DNA of 64,000 nt from Candidatus Eiseniibacteriota bacterium (GCA_043808325.1 JAZDEY010000082.1:3636-67635), one strand, 5' to 3'; shown: positions 37,309 to 47,683, numbered from the stretch's first letter. The notes: generated by a model not told the origin, from the letters alone. Numbers and translations are program-made.

Positions 37309-37782
37309 ATGGCCATATTCAAGGCAAGCGAGATCTTACAGATCGCCATGAGAATCGAGGAGAACGGAGAGAAGATGTACAGCCATGCCGTGACCTTGAC
37401 TGATGATCCCAAGCTCAAGGAGCTCCTGGGCTTGCTTGCCGGTGAGGAGACAAAGCACAAGAAGGTTTTCGTGGAGATGGTCTCCAAGCTCGAGAACTAC
37501 GAACCCCCGGAGACCTACCCGGGCGAGTATTTCGCATATCTGCGCGCGTACGCGGACAGCATCGTTTTCCCACCGGACGAGATGCAAGAGGAGCTCGAGG
37601 ATCTCTACGACGTGGAAGAGGCGATTGAGTTTGCAATGCAGCGCGAAATCGAATCCATTCTGTACTACATCGAGACCAAGTCCGTAGTCCCCAAGAGCCA
37701 GGCCGACCAAATCGACAAGATAATCGCAGAGGAGCGCAAGCACTATCTCAAGTTAGTCGACGTCAGGAAGGGCCTGGACTGA
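37309..37782 (+). CDS. ferritin-like diiron protein, rubrerythrin family
   Basis: EETKHK and EERKHY ExxH pairs; paralogue of 8959..9411; GGAGG RBS. Confidence 0.6.
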   Translation: MAIFKASEILQIAMRIEENGEKMYSHAVTLTDDPKLKELLGLLAGEETKHKKVFVEMVSKLENYEPPETYPGEYFAYLRAYADSIVFPPDEMQEELEDLYDVEEAIEFAMQREIESILYYIETKSVVPKSQADQIDKIIAEERKHYLKLVDVRKGLD

Positions 37783-37790
37783 GACCGCGG

Positions 37791-38549
37791 ATGGGCATCT
37801 ATGAGAGGTTCGCGGACTTGTATGCTCACGGCCCCTATCCCGGGTACAGCCGGAGGATGGCCGAGCTCGTGCCTCTAACCCTCCGAAAGCTTGATGTGCA
37901 CGCCAAGACCATTCTCGATGTAGCCTGCGGGGAGGGTACTTTTGCTGTAGCGATGGCAAAGCAGGGGTTCGACGTCACCGGCCTCGATCTGTCTCCCCAC
38001 ATGCTTGGGATAGCTCGGCGCCGCGCCGACCAGGAAAGCCTCGGGGTGAGACTTGTGCTGGGCGACATGCGCTCCCTCGGGTTCGGCAGCCGATTCGATC
38101 TTGTCACATGCTGGTATGACAGCCTGAACTACCTTCTCCACGGCCGGGAGATCCTGGCCGCTTTCACGGGAATCTCTGAGGCTCTGAATCCCGGCGGCGT
38201 TTTCATCTTTGACATGAACACGATCTACGGGCTCGCCGTACTGTGGCGGTCACACCCCTTCTTTGTGGCCCAGGATGCTCCCGACATTTTCGACGTTCAC
38301 ATCAACAGTTACGATGCCGAGACCAAGACCGCAACCAAGCGCATAGTGGGTTTCGCAAGACAGGGAGGAATCTGGGACCGCATCGACGAGGAGCACGTGG
38401 AACGCGGTTATAGTCTGGAGGAAATCAGGACGTGCCTTGCGGATTCCGGGCTCGAAGAGATCGCATGCTGGGCCAGTCTCGAGAATTGGACTGCGCCCGG
38501 CCCTGAGACAGGGCGCGTATGGTTCGTTGCGAAAAGAAGCGCTACCTGA
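37791..38549 (+). CDS. class I SAM-dependent methyltransferase
   Basis: Motif I ILDVACGEGTF and post-I acidic residue. Confidence 0.75.
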   Translation: MGIYERFADLYAHGPYPGYSRRMAELVPLTLRKLDVHAKTILDVACGEGTFAVAMAKQGFDVTGLDLSPHMLGIARRRADQESLGVRLVLGDMRSLGFGSRFDLVTCWYDSLNYLLHGREILAAFTGISEALNPGGVFIFDMNTIYGLAVLWRSHPFFVAQDAPDIFDVHINSYDAETKTATKRIVGFARQGGIWDRIDEEHVERGYSLEEIRTCLADSGLEEIACWASLENWTAPGPETGRVWFVAKRSAT

Positions 38550-38606
38550 TAGCCTCCAGTGCTGAGGCCACCCGATGATGCCCGACCGAGGGAGGTAGGT
38601 TGAGAC

Positions 38607-39995
38607 ATGAAAGCCGACAAGACCACCGCAGGTATTCTGGTGCTGCTCTTTGCAGCAGGGTTCCTCCATTGGATATGGTTCTTGAACCACGGGGAGATGT
38701 CCTTCAAGGCCTACGACTGGGGGAAGGAGTTCCTGTACTACTCGGTCCTCAAGCAGGCGATCGCCACAGGCATGATACCCTATCATATCTCCCTTGCCTT
38801 TCAGAACAGCAACAGGTTCCTCGCGATCCCCGAGACCAATCTCTCGCCTCAGGTCCTCTTGCTGTCCTTTATGAATGTAGGGCTCTTCGTGGTTGTGAAC
38901 ACGCTCCTGCTCTATTCGGCGGGTTTCGTAGGTTGCCTTCTCCTCAAGAGGAGGTATAACCTTTCACTCCTGAGTTTCGCGGCATTCTTCCTGCTCTTTA
39001 ACTTCAACGGTCACATAGTGGCACACATCGGTGTGGGCCATTCCATGTGGGTCGGCTATTTCCTGCTTCCTTTCTTGTTCCTCTTCATGCTGGAACTGCT
39101 GGAGGGAGAGCGGTGGGGGTCCCCGGCGCTGAAGATCGCACTTGTCTTGTTCGCGATTCTGCTTCAGGGCTCCTTCCATCTCTATGTCTGGTGCCTTATA
39201 TTTCTCATGCTTCTCCTGGCTTTCAACTGGAGGTATCTGAAGCCGATTCTGCTCGCGATCGTACTGAGCGGGGTGTTATCGGCTTTCAGGCTGCTGCCGG
39301 CGCTATTCGCCCTGTGGGGCAAGAAGGAGAAGTTCATCTGGTCTTATCCCACTCCCCTGGAGCTGCTGGACGGACTCGCGACCATTCGGGACCGCACGCC
39401 CGACAGGTACCGCCCGTGGGGAACGGCCGGCTGGTGGGAATACGACATCTATATCGGGCTCGTCGGCCTCGCCGTGCTGGTGGGTTTCGGGCTATATCTG
39501 CGCCACAGCAAAGACCCCGAGCTCGAGAAATACCGATACAGCGCGCTCGATCTGCCGATGTTCGTGATGACCCTGCTGTCGATCAGCTATTTCCACGCCT
39601 TCATCACGCGGATCCCGATCCCGCTCTTGAAGAGCGAGCGGGTCGCCACAAGATTCATAATCATCCCGGTAGTTCTGCTGGCACTTCTCGCCTCGATACG
39701 GATGGAACCGATTCTCCGCCGCGTCCGGCAGACCTTCAAATTCAAATTGATCGCGATCGGCGCCCTTGTGGTGATGGCGCTGGGGTTCCTGGATCACTCA
39801 TTCCTGTGGTCCACGGCGAGGTTGGATCGCATGTTTGCGACCAAGGGTGGCGAGCTTACGGTCCCATCGATCCTGAGCGAGCCGGATGGCCTGTACAAGA
39901 CCATCGTCGCCATATCCTTAGGTATAACGCTGCTCGCCCTGGCCGGCCTTGTCTACCTGGCCGTCAGACTCAGGGCAAAAGAGGAACGCGCCTGA
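38607..39995 (+). CDS. polytopic integral membrane protein, function unknown
   Basis: At least 12 predicted TM helices; GGGAGG RBS. Confidence 0.5.
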   Translation: MKADKTTAGILVLLFAAGFLHWIWFLNHGEMSFKAYDWGKEFLYYSVLKQAIATGMIPYHISLAFQNSNRFLAIPETNLSPQVLLLSFMNVGLFVVVNTLLLYSAGFVGCLLLKRRYNLSLLSFAAFFLLFNFNGHIVAHIGVGHSMWVGYFLLPFLFLFMLELLEGERWGSPALKIALVLFAILLQGSFHLYVWCLIFLMLLLAFNWRYLKPILLAIVLSGVLSAFRLLPALFALWGKKEKFIWSYPTPLELLDGLATIRDRTPDRYRPWGTAGWWEYDIYIGLVGLAVLVGFGLYLRHSKDPELEKYRYSALDLPMFVMTLLSISYFHAFITRIPIPLLKSERVATRFIIIPVVLLALLASIRMEPILRRVRQTFKFKLIAIGALVVMALGFLDHSFLWSTARLDRMFATKGGELTVPSILSEPDGLYKTIVAISLGITLLALAGLVYLAVRLRAKEERA

Positions 39996-39999
39996 TCCC

Positions 40000-40734
40000 T
40001 TAGGAGCTCCAGCCGCAGGTCGGCAGCGAAGGGGTCAGCTCGGGAGTCGGCTGCTTCTCCGCCGTCTCGTCGGGGCCTAACTGAGAGGCCTTATCGATAT
40101 CGATTATCTTGATCCCGTCGAGGTACTCGCGGGTTTCGTACCGCGTGATCGACTGGAGCTTGCTCGTGATCTGAGCCATGGTCTCGGTCGCTTCCTTGAT
40201 CTTCAGCATCTTGTCGTGAAGCGGACCTGACTGAGGAACCTGCTTCAGCACGAGCTCGGTGTATCCCGAGATCACCTGCATCGGCTGGTTGAACTCGTGA
40301 CAGGTCGCTCCGGCCATCTCAACCACGCCCCGCAGTTTCTCGCGCTGCATCAGCTCATTGTGCATATCGAGGATACGCCGGCCGGCACGAACACGCACGT
40401 TGAGCTCATGCGGGTTGAAAGGTTTGGTGACATAGTCGTCGGCGCCCGCCTCGATCCCCTCAACGATGTCTTCCTTCTGGTCCCGCGCGGTCAGAAGCAC
40501 AATGTATATGTAATCCTTACGCTGCTGTTTGCGCACTTCCCTGCAGATCTGTACGCCATCAACGCCGGGCATCATCCAGTTGAGAATAGCCAGCTTGGGC
40601 GAGTCCTCGCGCTCAAGCACTCGCAGGGCCTCGGTGCCGTTGGAGCAGGTGATCACCTGGTAACCCCACATCACCAGCTTGCGTTCCAGAAGTCGTCTTG
40701 ATACTGCGTCATCTTCAGCTATCAGGATCTTCAT
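40000..40734 (-). CDS. response regulator: REC domain + C-terminal HisKA-like phosphoacceptor domain (no ATPase domain)
   Basis: REC MKILIAEDD...D...K; then H-box GATCHEFNQPMQVISGYTELVL; no N/G1/G2 boxes follow. Confidence 0.8.
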   Translation of the reverse strand: MKILIAEDDAVSRRLLERKLVMWGYQVITCSNGTEALRVLEREDSPKLAILNWMMPGVDGVQICREVRKQQRKDYIYIVLLTARDQKEDIVEGIEAGADDYVTKPFNPHELNVRVRAGRRILDMHNELMQREKLRGVVEMAGATCHEFNQPMQVISGYTELVLKQVPQSGPLHDKMLKIKEATETMAQITSKLQSITRYETREYLDGIKIIDIDKASQLGPDETAEKQPTPELTPSLPTCGWSS

Positions 40735-43700
40735 TGTGAGTCCCTCCCTAGTGCGACCAGAGCCGGTTTGAGGCGTTCGAGTTCGTCTTCCAGTTTCGCG
40801 CAGGCCGATTCGGCCTCGTCAAGCGGGCCGTTGCGCCCTATTTGCTCAAGCCGCATGGCCGCCTCGAAGGCAGCCTTTGCGGCAAAGTTGCCGACTGAAC
40901 CCTTGACCGTGTGAGCAGCCCGTTCGATCTCCACCGGGTCCCTGTGCGCCACCGCCTCGCGTACACGCGAGACCAGGCTCGGGCACTGCTCTACAAACAT
41001 TCCCGCAATCTCCTTCAGGAGCTCGACATCACCCTCCAGATGTGCGAGTGCGCCAAGCCAGTCGATCACGTCCTGGTCCTGGCGGACCCCAGCCACGCCG
41101 ACTTTCGGCCTGACCTCCCCCGAAGCGATGTTCTCAACGGCTTCCAGGAGTTCCTGTGCCCTGATCGGCTTGGAGACATAGCCGTCCATTCCGGTCTCCA
41201 GGCAGCGTTCCCGATCGCCCTTCATCGCGTGTGCGGTCATCGCAATTATCGGGATATGGCCGCCCGACTTCTTCTCCTTCTCACGAATCGCGGCGGTTGC
41301 CTCGAAGCCGTCGACCTCGGGCATCTGCACGTCCATCAGCACCAGATCGAAGCGGTCCTTTTCGAGCGCGATCAAGGCCTCACCTCCGTTGGTCGCGACC
41401 ACCAGGGTATGTCCGCGCTTCTCAAGCATGCGCACGACCAGCTTGACGTTGACCGGGCTGTCCTCGGCAACAAGAATGTGGAGACTTCGGCGGTTCTCGC
41501 GAAGTGTATGCTGCGTCACGAGCAGGGGCTGCTCGGCTCCCCGATCGCGCTTGCCGAGAGTCAGCATTACCGCTTCCCAGAGATCGGATTGTTTGATCGG
41601 CTTCATCAGATATGCGGCGATTCCCAATTCACGGCATCTTGCGCCATCGCCCGTCCTCCCACCCGATGTCAGCAGGATCAACACCGTGCCGGCCAAGTCC
41701 TTGTTGCTCTTTATGTGCTCGCAAAGCCTGAACCCGTCCATCTCCGGCATCCTGCCATCGACTATTCCCATGACGTAGGGTTCGCCGGCTCTGTGTGCCT
41801 CTTCCATCTCCTTGAGTGCGGCCTCGCCGCTCTCCACGCTCTTGGGTCTCATGTGCCAGTGGGTAAGCATTTCCTCAAGAAGCTGCCTGCTCCTGGCATT
41901 ATCGTCGACAATCAAGACCCGAAGGCCCTCGATGTCCACGATCTCAGCGAGCATCGTCTTCATTGCCGAGCCTTTCTGAAGAGGAAACTCGACGATGAAG
42001 TAGAACATGCTTCCCTTTCCTGCTTCACTTTCCACGCCGATCTCGCCGCCCATCATCTCCACAAGCCGCTTCGAGATCGCAAGACCCAATCCCGTCCCGC
42101 CATACCTGCGCGTGGTGGAGCCGTCCACCTGCGTGAACTTATCGAAGATCACTGCCTGGCGGTCCTCGGGAATGCCGATACCGGTGTCCCTGATCTCGAA
42201 CCGGATGGTTGCCGTGTCCTGGGTCTCCGCATCCAGCTTGGCTTCGACCGCAACCTCACCCTTCTCGGTGAACTTGACGGCATTCCCGGCTAGATTCAGC
42301 ATGATCTGCCGGAGCCTACCGGGATCGCCCCGCAACCTGGTCGGAACACGGTGATCGACAAAGCAGCTGAGCTCGATGCCCTTCTCGTCCGTTCTTTGCT
42401 TGAGGATGTCGCCGATGCTCTCAACGACGCTTACCAGATCGAAGTCGATCTTTTCGAGATCCATCCTGCCGGCCTCAATCTTGGAGAAGTCGAGGATGTC
42501 GTTGATCACGGTAAGGAGGGCGGCTCCGCTGCTATAGATGGTTTCGACGAAGTCTCGTTGCTCTTTGTTGAGGACTTCATCCTCGAGCAGAAGCTGCGAG
42601 AAACCCAATATGCCATTCAGAGGCGTGCGAATCTCGTGACTCATCATCGCGAGGAATTCACTCTTGGCGGCGTTCGCGGACTTTGCCTGGGCAGTCATGT
42701 CCTGCGCGACTGTGGTCGCTTCCTCAAGGTGTCGGTTAGTGTCGGTCAGCTCGCGGTTTGCCCGTTCGGCGGAATCCTTTGCGGTCTTGAGTTCCAGCTC
42801 GGCCGACTTGCGCTCGGTGATGTCCTGGGCCACGCAGACTATGCCCTCAACCGTGCCGTCGTCGTTGACCATGACCGAGCTTGAGAATGAGACCGGTATT
42901 CGCCGCCCGTCCTTGGCGATGTAGACCCTCTCGACGAAAGTCTCTGGGACACCAGCGACGGGCAAGCCCGTAATGGGCTGGTCCTGGGGCGGCTGGTCTG
43001 GGCATGACTGGCCGCTCAATGACTTGCCGGGGCTGCCCTCGCTGGCGCCCGCCTGTTCTAAGGAGGTCCTGCCATCTGCTTCATCGACGAGAAGCGATCC
43101 GAGAGGGTTTCCCACAAGATCACCTTCTTGGTATCCCAAGAGATCGAGGGTGGCCTGGTTCACGCTTCTTATCGTCCCATCAGGATTGACTATGACAAGC
43201 GTATCCATCATGGATCTGATTATGTTGTCCACGTACCGTTTGGAGACCGTGGTCTTGATCAGTCCCTCTGTCATAAGATTGAACGATCCCACCAAGTCGC
43301 CGATCTCGTCTGTGACCGAGGATGGAATCTCTATCTTCTGGTTGAGATTCCCCTTGGCCACCTCCGCCGCACGGAGCGAGAGCGTTTTGATCGGGCCGAC
43401 GATTCTACGGATCAGGAAGGTGAGCACCACCAGCAGCAAGACGAAAGCCGCAACTCCGGTAACAAGCGCCTTCAACCATTGGACCTGAGCCGCCCGTGCG
43501 GTTGACGACAGGGACATCGCCACCTGCTGGCCCCCCGATATCGTGAGCCGGTTCAGATCCCCGACAAGCGCCTTCTCGAAGGCGGATGCTGCTTGCGCCC
43601 GCGCCGCGGTCTCCTCACCATAGGCGCGACGGAACTGCGGCGATATGCGCTCCGCCTCTATTACCCTCTTGGTGTGCTCGACGGCCGCTGCGTAGTACCC

Positions 43701-44084
43701 GTTGAAATCCTCAGTAAGTTTGCTCAGTCTGGGCCGCTCGGGCTCGGGCGCTGCGTGCACCATCTTCTCGGCATGCGCGAGAAATATGACCTTCTCCTGC
43801 TCGCATTTATCGATCAGGGACCTGTCCTTGGTCCTGGCTGCCTTGTCGAGAAGGGCCGAAATGTCCTGGAAGTAGTCAATCAGATGGAACGCTTCGGTAT
43901 ACTGCTGGAATGCGGACAACTCGACTTCACGGAGCTCGGCGGTCACCTGCCGGGCGGTGGTATAGCTCATGTAGATCACAATCGCCATCGCCGCGACAAA
44001 GCCGGCCAGCAAGAGGCCGAACTTGACCTTAAGGGGGAAACGAAAGCCGGTCATGCGCAATACACTCGATCTGAAGCTGTTCAT
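40731..44084 (-). CDS. hybrid sensor histidine kinase (2 TM, HAMP, PAS, HisKA, HATPase_c, 2x REC, HPt)
   Basis: H-box MMSHEIRTPLNGILGF; REC motifs LIVDDN.../MDGFRL and ILVAEDSPVN.../MDVQMPEVDGFEA; C-terminal HPt AHTVKGSVGNFAA. Confidence 0.9.
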   Translation of the reverse strand: MNSFRSSVLRMTGFRFPLKVKFGLLLAGFVAAMAIVIYMSYTTARQVTAELREVELSAFQQYTEAFHLIDYFQDISALLDKAARTKDRSLIDKCEQEKVIFLAHAEKMVHAAPEPERPRLSKLTEDFNGYYAAAVEHTKRVIEAERISPQFRRAYGEETAARAQAASAFEKALVGDLNRLTISGGQQVAMSLSSTARAAQVQWLKALVTGVAAFVLLLVVLTFLIRRIVGPIKTLSLRAAEVAKGNLNQKIEIPSSVTDEIGDLVGSFNLMTEGLIKTTVSKRYVDNIIRSMMDTLVIVNPDGTIRSVNQATLDLLGYQEGDLVGNPLGSLLVDEADGRTSLEQAGASEGSPGKSLSGQSCPDQPPQDQPITGLPVAGVPETFVERVYIAKDGRRIPVSFSSSVMVNDDGTVEGIVCVAQDITERKSAELELKTAKDSAERANRELTDTNRHLEEATTVAQDMTAQAKSANAAKSEFLAMMSHEIRTPLNGILGFSQLLLEDEVLNKEQRDFVETIYSSGAALLTVINDILDFSKIEAGRMDLEKIDFDLVSVVESIGDILKQRTDEKGIELSCFVDHRVPTRLRGDPGRLRQIMLNLAGNAVKFTEKGEVAVEAKLDAETQDTATIRFEIRDTGIGIPEDRQAVIFDKFTQVDGSTTRRYGGTGLGLAISKRLVEMMGGEIGVESEAGKGSMFYFIVEFPLQKGSAMKTMLAEIVDIEGLRVLIVDDNARSRQLLEEMLTHWHMRPKSVESGEAALKEMEEAHRAGEPYVMGIVDGRMPEMDGFRLCEHIKSNKDLAGTVLILLTSGGRTGDGARCRELGIAAYLMKPIKQSDLWEAVMLTLGKRDRGAEQPLLVTQHTLRENRRSLHILVAEDSPVNVKLVVRMLEKRGHTLVVATNGGEALIALEKDRFDLVLMDVQMPEVDGFEATAAIREKEKKSGGHIPIIAMTAHAMKGDRERCLETGMDGYVSKPIRAQELLEAVENIASGEVRPKVGVAGVRQDQDVIDWLGALAHLEGDVELLKEIAGMFVEQCPSLVSRVREAVAHRDPVEIERAAHTVKGSVGNFAAKAAFEAAMRLEQIGRNGPLDEAESACAKLEDELERLKPALVALGRDSQ

Positions 44085-44294
44085 GCGGCGACTCCATGTC
44101 CCAGGGACGGTCTTGGGTCTTGTTACTCGCTGGTTATATCGGCAGATTCAGGTCTTTAGGATAGCTGTTTTGGGGGTCCCGGTGGACCCGACAATGCCGC
44201 GTATCAACCCGCAGAAGATCGCGGGCTTGCCGGTTCGAGCGGTCTGGTGGTTCTCCGGAGTCAGTCGGAATTCGATGCAATCGGTCCGTGCCAA

Positions 44295-45074
44295 TCACGC
44301 TCCCAGGTAGGCCTCACGGACTCGCGGGTTCTCGTGGAGACTCGTCCCGGGGCCGTCGAGCGTGATCCTGCCGGTCTCGAGAACATAGGCATAGTGCGCG
44401 ATGGAGAGCGCCTTGTGCGCGTTTTGCTCCACCAGCAAGATGCTTGTGCCCTGCGAATTGATTTCCTTTATTATCGCGAATATCTCGTTCACGAGTATCG
44501 GGGAGAGACCCATTGAGGGCTCATCCAGCATCAGAAGCCGGGGCTGCGACATCAGCCCACGCCCCATCGCGAGCATCTGCAGTTCGCCGCCCGAGAGAGT
44601 TCCCGCCGATTGGGACAAGCGTTCGCGGAGTCGGGGAAACGACTCGAAGACCCGCTGCATCGCCTTGTCTATTCTTGCCCGGTCATCGATCAAGTAGGCC
44701 CCCACCCGCAGATTCTCGAATACCGTGAGGTTCGCAAACGGCTTCCGCCCCTCGGGCACGTGAGCGATACCGAGGCCGGCGACCTTGTGGCCGACTAGAT
44801 TGGTTATGTCTTTCCCATCAAAGGCAACCTTGCCCGCCCCGGCACGGATTGCGCCCGAGATTGTCTTGAGGGTCGTGCTCTTGCCGGCGCCGTTGGCACC
44901 GATCAGGGCGACGATTTCATTCTGACACACGTCCAGCGATATCCCCTGCACGGCATTTATGGCGCCGTAGGACACTTCCAGATTCTTGATCTCCAGGAGC
45001 TTCTGGCTACGCTCCAAGTGCCGGCCCCTTTCCAAGCCACACTCGCCCAGGCCGTCTCCCGCAAGGAGAGACAC
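44295..45074 (-). CDS. livF: branched-chain amino acid ABC transporter ATP-binding protein LivF-like
   Basis: Walker A GANGAGKST; signature LSGGELQMLAMGRG; Walker B LLMLDEPS; GTG start. Confidence 0.85.
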   Translation of the reverse strand: MSLLAGDGLGECGLERGRHLERSQKLLEIKNLEVSYGAINAVQGISLDVCQNEIVALIGANGAGKSTTLKTISGAIRAGAGKVAFDGKDITNLVGHKVAGLGIAHVPEGRKPFANLTVFENLRVGAYLIDDRARIDKAMQRVFESFPRLRERLSQSAGTLSGGELQMLAMGRGLMSQPRLLMLDEPSMGLSPILVNEIFAIIKEINSQGTSILLVEQNAHKALSIAHYAYVLETGRITLDGPGTSLHENPRVREAYLGA

Positions 45075-45087
45075 CGTCGGCGAGGGC

Positions 45088-45855
45088 TCAGTCTCCCTTC
45101 CCGAGGTAGGCTTCGATTACCTTGGGATCGCTCTGAACTTCCTTGGGACTTCCCTCGGCGATCTTCTCGCCGAAATCCATGACGGCAACACGTTCGCAGA
45201 TCGACATTACTACCCTCATCTGATGTTCTATCAGGAGAATAGTCAATTTGAACCGCTCGCGGATGAAGCGAATCAATTCCATCAGATTGACGGTCTCCTG
45301 CGGATTCATGCCTGCGGCGGGTTCATCGAGCAGAAGCAATTTGGCGTCGGTCGCAAGTGCCCGGGCGATCTCCAGCCGGCGCTGCTCGCCGTAGGGAAGG
45401 TTGCTGGCGATTTCGTGTGCTCGCGTCTGGAGATTCAGAACCTCGAGAATCTCCGCAGCCTTCTCTGCTACCGAAAGTTCCTCCCTCGCGAACCCTCTCG
45501 TTCGTATGATAGCCGAGACAAGACCATAATTAACGTGCATATGATGGGCAATCTTGATGTTGTCGATCACAGTGAGACCGCTGAAGAGCCTGATGTTCTG
45601 GAACGTCCGCGCAATCCCCCGCTGAGCTATCTCATAGGGCTTGAGGCCGGTGATCGACGCGCCGCGAAGCATGATGTCACCCTGGTCGGGAAGATAGATC
45701 CCTGTGATAAGGTTGAAGACCGTGGTCTTTCCGGCCCCATTGGGGCCGATCAAGCCCACCAGTGCGCCCTCTTCGATCGCCAGGTCGAAGGCGGAGACAG
45801 CCCTGAGACCGCCGAAGTACTTGGTCATTCCGCTGATTCTGAGGATCGGCTTCAT
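45088..45855 (-). CDS. livG: branched-chain amino acid ABC transporter ATP-binding protein LivG-like
   Basis: GPNGAGKTT; LPYGEQRRLEIARAL; LLLLDEPAAG. Start at ATG 45855 (MKPILRISGMTKYFGG) overlapping the livM stop. Confidence 0.85.
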   Translation of the reverse strand: MKPILRISGMTKYFGGLRAVSAFDLAIEEGALVGLIGPNGAGKTTVFNLITGIYLPDQGDIMLRGASITGLKPYEIAQRGIARTFQNIRLFSGLTVIDNIKIAHHMHVNYGLVSAIIRTRGFAREELSVAEKAAEILEVLNLQTRAHEIASNLPYGEQRRLEIARALATDAKLLLLDEPAAGMNPQETVNLMELIRFIRERFKLTILLIEHQMRVVMSICERVAVMDFGEKIAEGSPKEVQSDPKVIEAYLGKGD

Positions 45856-46802
45856 TTGTCTCTCGGTTTCAAGAAGCTGAATTCCATGCCCCCCCAGAGC
45901 CCCCTGGGCCGCAGGATCATCACTATAATCAGAAGCAGCGGATAGATAACCAGGCGCCAATCAAGGATCTGTGGAGGCAGAAGGACGCGCAGGCCTTCCA
46001 GCAGGAAGGTCCAACCGACAGCCGCAATCAGCGTGCCGGATATGCTGCCAAGCCCGCCCAGGACAACGATCAAGAGAACGTCGATCGATTTGAGAAAATC
46101 GAAATTCGACGGATGTAGGAACGAGTACAGATGCGCATAGAGCACACCGGCCACTCCGGCAAACATGCAACCCATGACAAAACCCATGGTCTTATAACGC
46201 GTGGTGTTTACGCCAACCGACTCCGAGGCGATTTCATCTTCCCGAATCGAGATACAGGCCCGGCCGATGCTCGAATAAACGAAGTTGCGGATCACGGCGA
46301 CCGCTCCGAGCGCCATGAAGAACGTCCACGTGACGTTGGTGATCTTCGGTATGCCCAGCATCCCGCGGGAGCCGCCGAGTTTCGGGATCACGGCATCGGC
46401 GTTGTCGAACAGCACCTTGACTATGATCCCGAAGGCAAGTGTGGCGATTCCCAGATAATCGGATTTGAGTCGCAGGATGGGAAGTCCTATCAGGAAGGCG
46501 ATCAGGCCCACAAACACGGCCGCCGCCACCATCGCTACGATGAAGACCGGGATCCCGCCGCCCGCGAAAGACTTGGTGATGAGGGCAGAAGTATAGGCTC
46601 CGATCCCATAGAAGGCTGCGTGACCCAGCGAGAACTGGCCAGTGTAACCATAGATTAGATTCAGTCCCAGGGCGGATATCGTCATTATCAAAGCAAACTG
46701 AATGATCTGCTGCCAGTAGGGGTTGATCAACCCGGCGGCAATAAGAATCATGAGTACGGCATAACCGCACAGGGCGACAGCCGGGGCCAGGAACCGTCTC
46801 AT
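45852..46802 (-). CDS. livM: branched-chain amino acid ABC permease LivM-like
   Basis: Polytopic; GLNLIYGYTGQFSLGHAAFYGIGAY LivM signature. Confidence 0.85.
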   Translation of the reverse strand: MRRFLAPAVALCGYAVLMILIAAGLINPYWQQIIQFALIMTISALGLNLIYGYTGQFSLGHAAFYGIGAYTSALITKSFAGGGIPVFIVAMVAAAVFVGLIAFLIGLPILRLKSDYLGIATLAFGIIVKVLFDNADAVIPKLGGSRGMLGIPKITNVTWTFFMALGAVAVIRNFVYSSIGRACISIREDEIASESVGVNTTRYKTMGFVMGCMFAGVAGVLYAHLYSFLHPSNFDFLKSIDVLLIVVLGGLGSISGTLIAAVGWTFLLEGLRVLLPPQILDWRLVIYPLLLIIVMILRPRGLWGGMEFSFLKPRDK

Positions 46803-47683
46803 ACTTTCTCAATCCCCTTCTTTCCCAGAAGGCCGGTCGGTTTGAAGATCAGCACTATGATCAAGATCGAGAAGGCAACCGCATCGCGCATGGTCGAGGA
46901 GACAAAGGCAGACGTCATGGTTTCGACGACTCCCATGATAACGGCGCCGAGCATTGCCCCGGGGATATTGCCGATGCCTCCAAGGACCGCAGCGACAAAC
47001 GCCTTGAGCCCGGGCATGATTCCCATGAACGGATTGATCTGGGGATAGGCAATGCCGTAGAGAACCCCGCCGGCAGCAGCCAGAGCCGAGCCCATGCCGA
47101 ACGTGAGCGAGATGATTCGGTCGACGTTTATGCCCATCAGGCTCGCAGTCTCTCGGTCGAAGGAGACCGCCCTCATTGCCATCCCCACCTTGGTCCGTTG
47201 CACAATATACTGGAGGATAATCATAAGTGCGATCGCCACGGCGAAGACGATCACCTGGATCGTGGAGACGCAAACGCCGCCCAGCTGGTAGGTGACCACC
47301 TTGAAGGGCCTCGGAAAGGCAAGGTAGTTCGGGCCGAAAACGAACTTGAGGCTTGTGAAGTACTCCAAGAATAGGGAAACACCCATCGCGGTGATAAGAG
47401 CCGCAATCCGCGGCGCCGCCCGCAGGGGCTTGTAGGCGACCCGCTCGATGGTGATACCCAGGATCGCGCACCCGACCATCGCACATGCCATCGCGACCGG
47501 GAAGGGAAGATGAAACCGCATGATGCCGTAGTAGCCAAGGAAGGCGCCGACCATGAAGACGTCGCCATGAGCGAAATTGATCAGCCGGACGATCCCGTAA
47601 ACCATGGTGTAGCCGAGGGCGATCAACGCATAAACGAAGCCGAGCTGGAGCCCGTTTATCAGCTGCTGGAGAAAGTATGACAT
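46799..47683 (-). CDS. livH: branched-chain amino acid ABC permease LivH-like
   Basis: QLINGLQLGFVYALIALGYTMVYG LivH signature. Confidence 0.85.
   Translation of the reverse strand: MSYFLQQLINGLQLGFVYALIALGYTMVYGIVRLINFAHGDVFMVGAFLGYYGIMRFHLPFPVAMACAMVGCAILGITIERVAYKPLRAAPRIAALITAMGVSLFLEYFTSLKFVFGPNYLAFPRPFKVVTYQLGGVCVSTIQVIVFAVAIALMIILQYIVQRTKVGMAMRAVSFDRETASLMGINVDRIISLTFGMGSALAAAGGVLYGIAYPQINPFMGIMPGLKAFVAAVLGGIGNIPGAMLGAVIMGVVETMTSAFVSSTMRDAVAFSILIIVLIFKPTGLLGKKGIEKV

Noticed and set aside
40911-42293. 460-aa plus ORF
   Set aside because: Antisense to the hybrid histidine kinase; no domains.
44160-44294. possible tRNA-like segment (GGTTCGAG) and hairpin GGGTCCcggtGGACCC in the HK/livF intergenic region
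   Set aside because: No acceptor/anticodon/T-arm geometry could be assembled on either strand. The hairpin lacks a U-tract in the relevant orientation, though it may still be a GC-type terminator for livF.
44986-45945. 319-aa plus ORF
   Set aside because: Antisense to livG.
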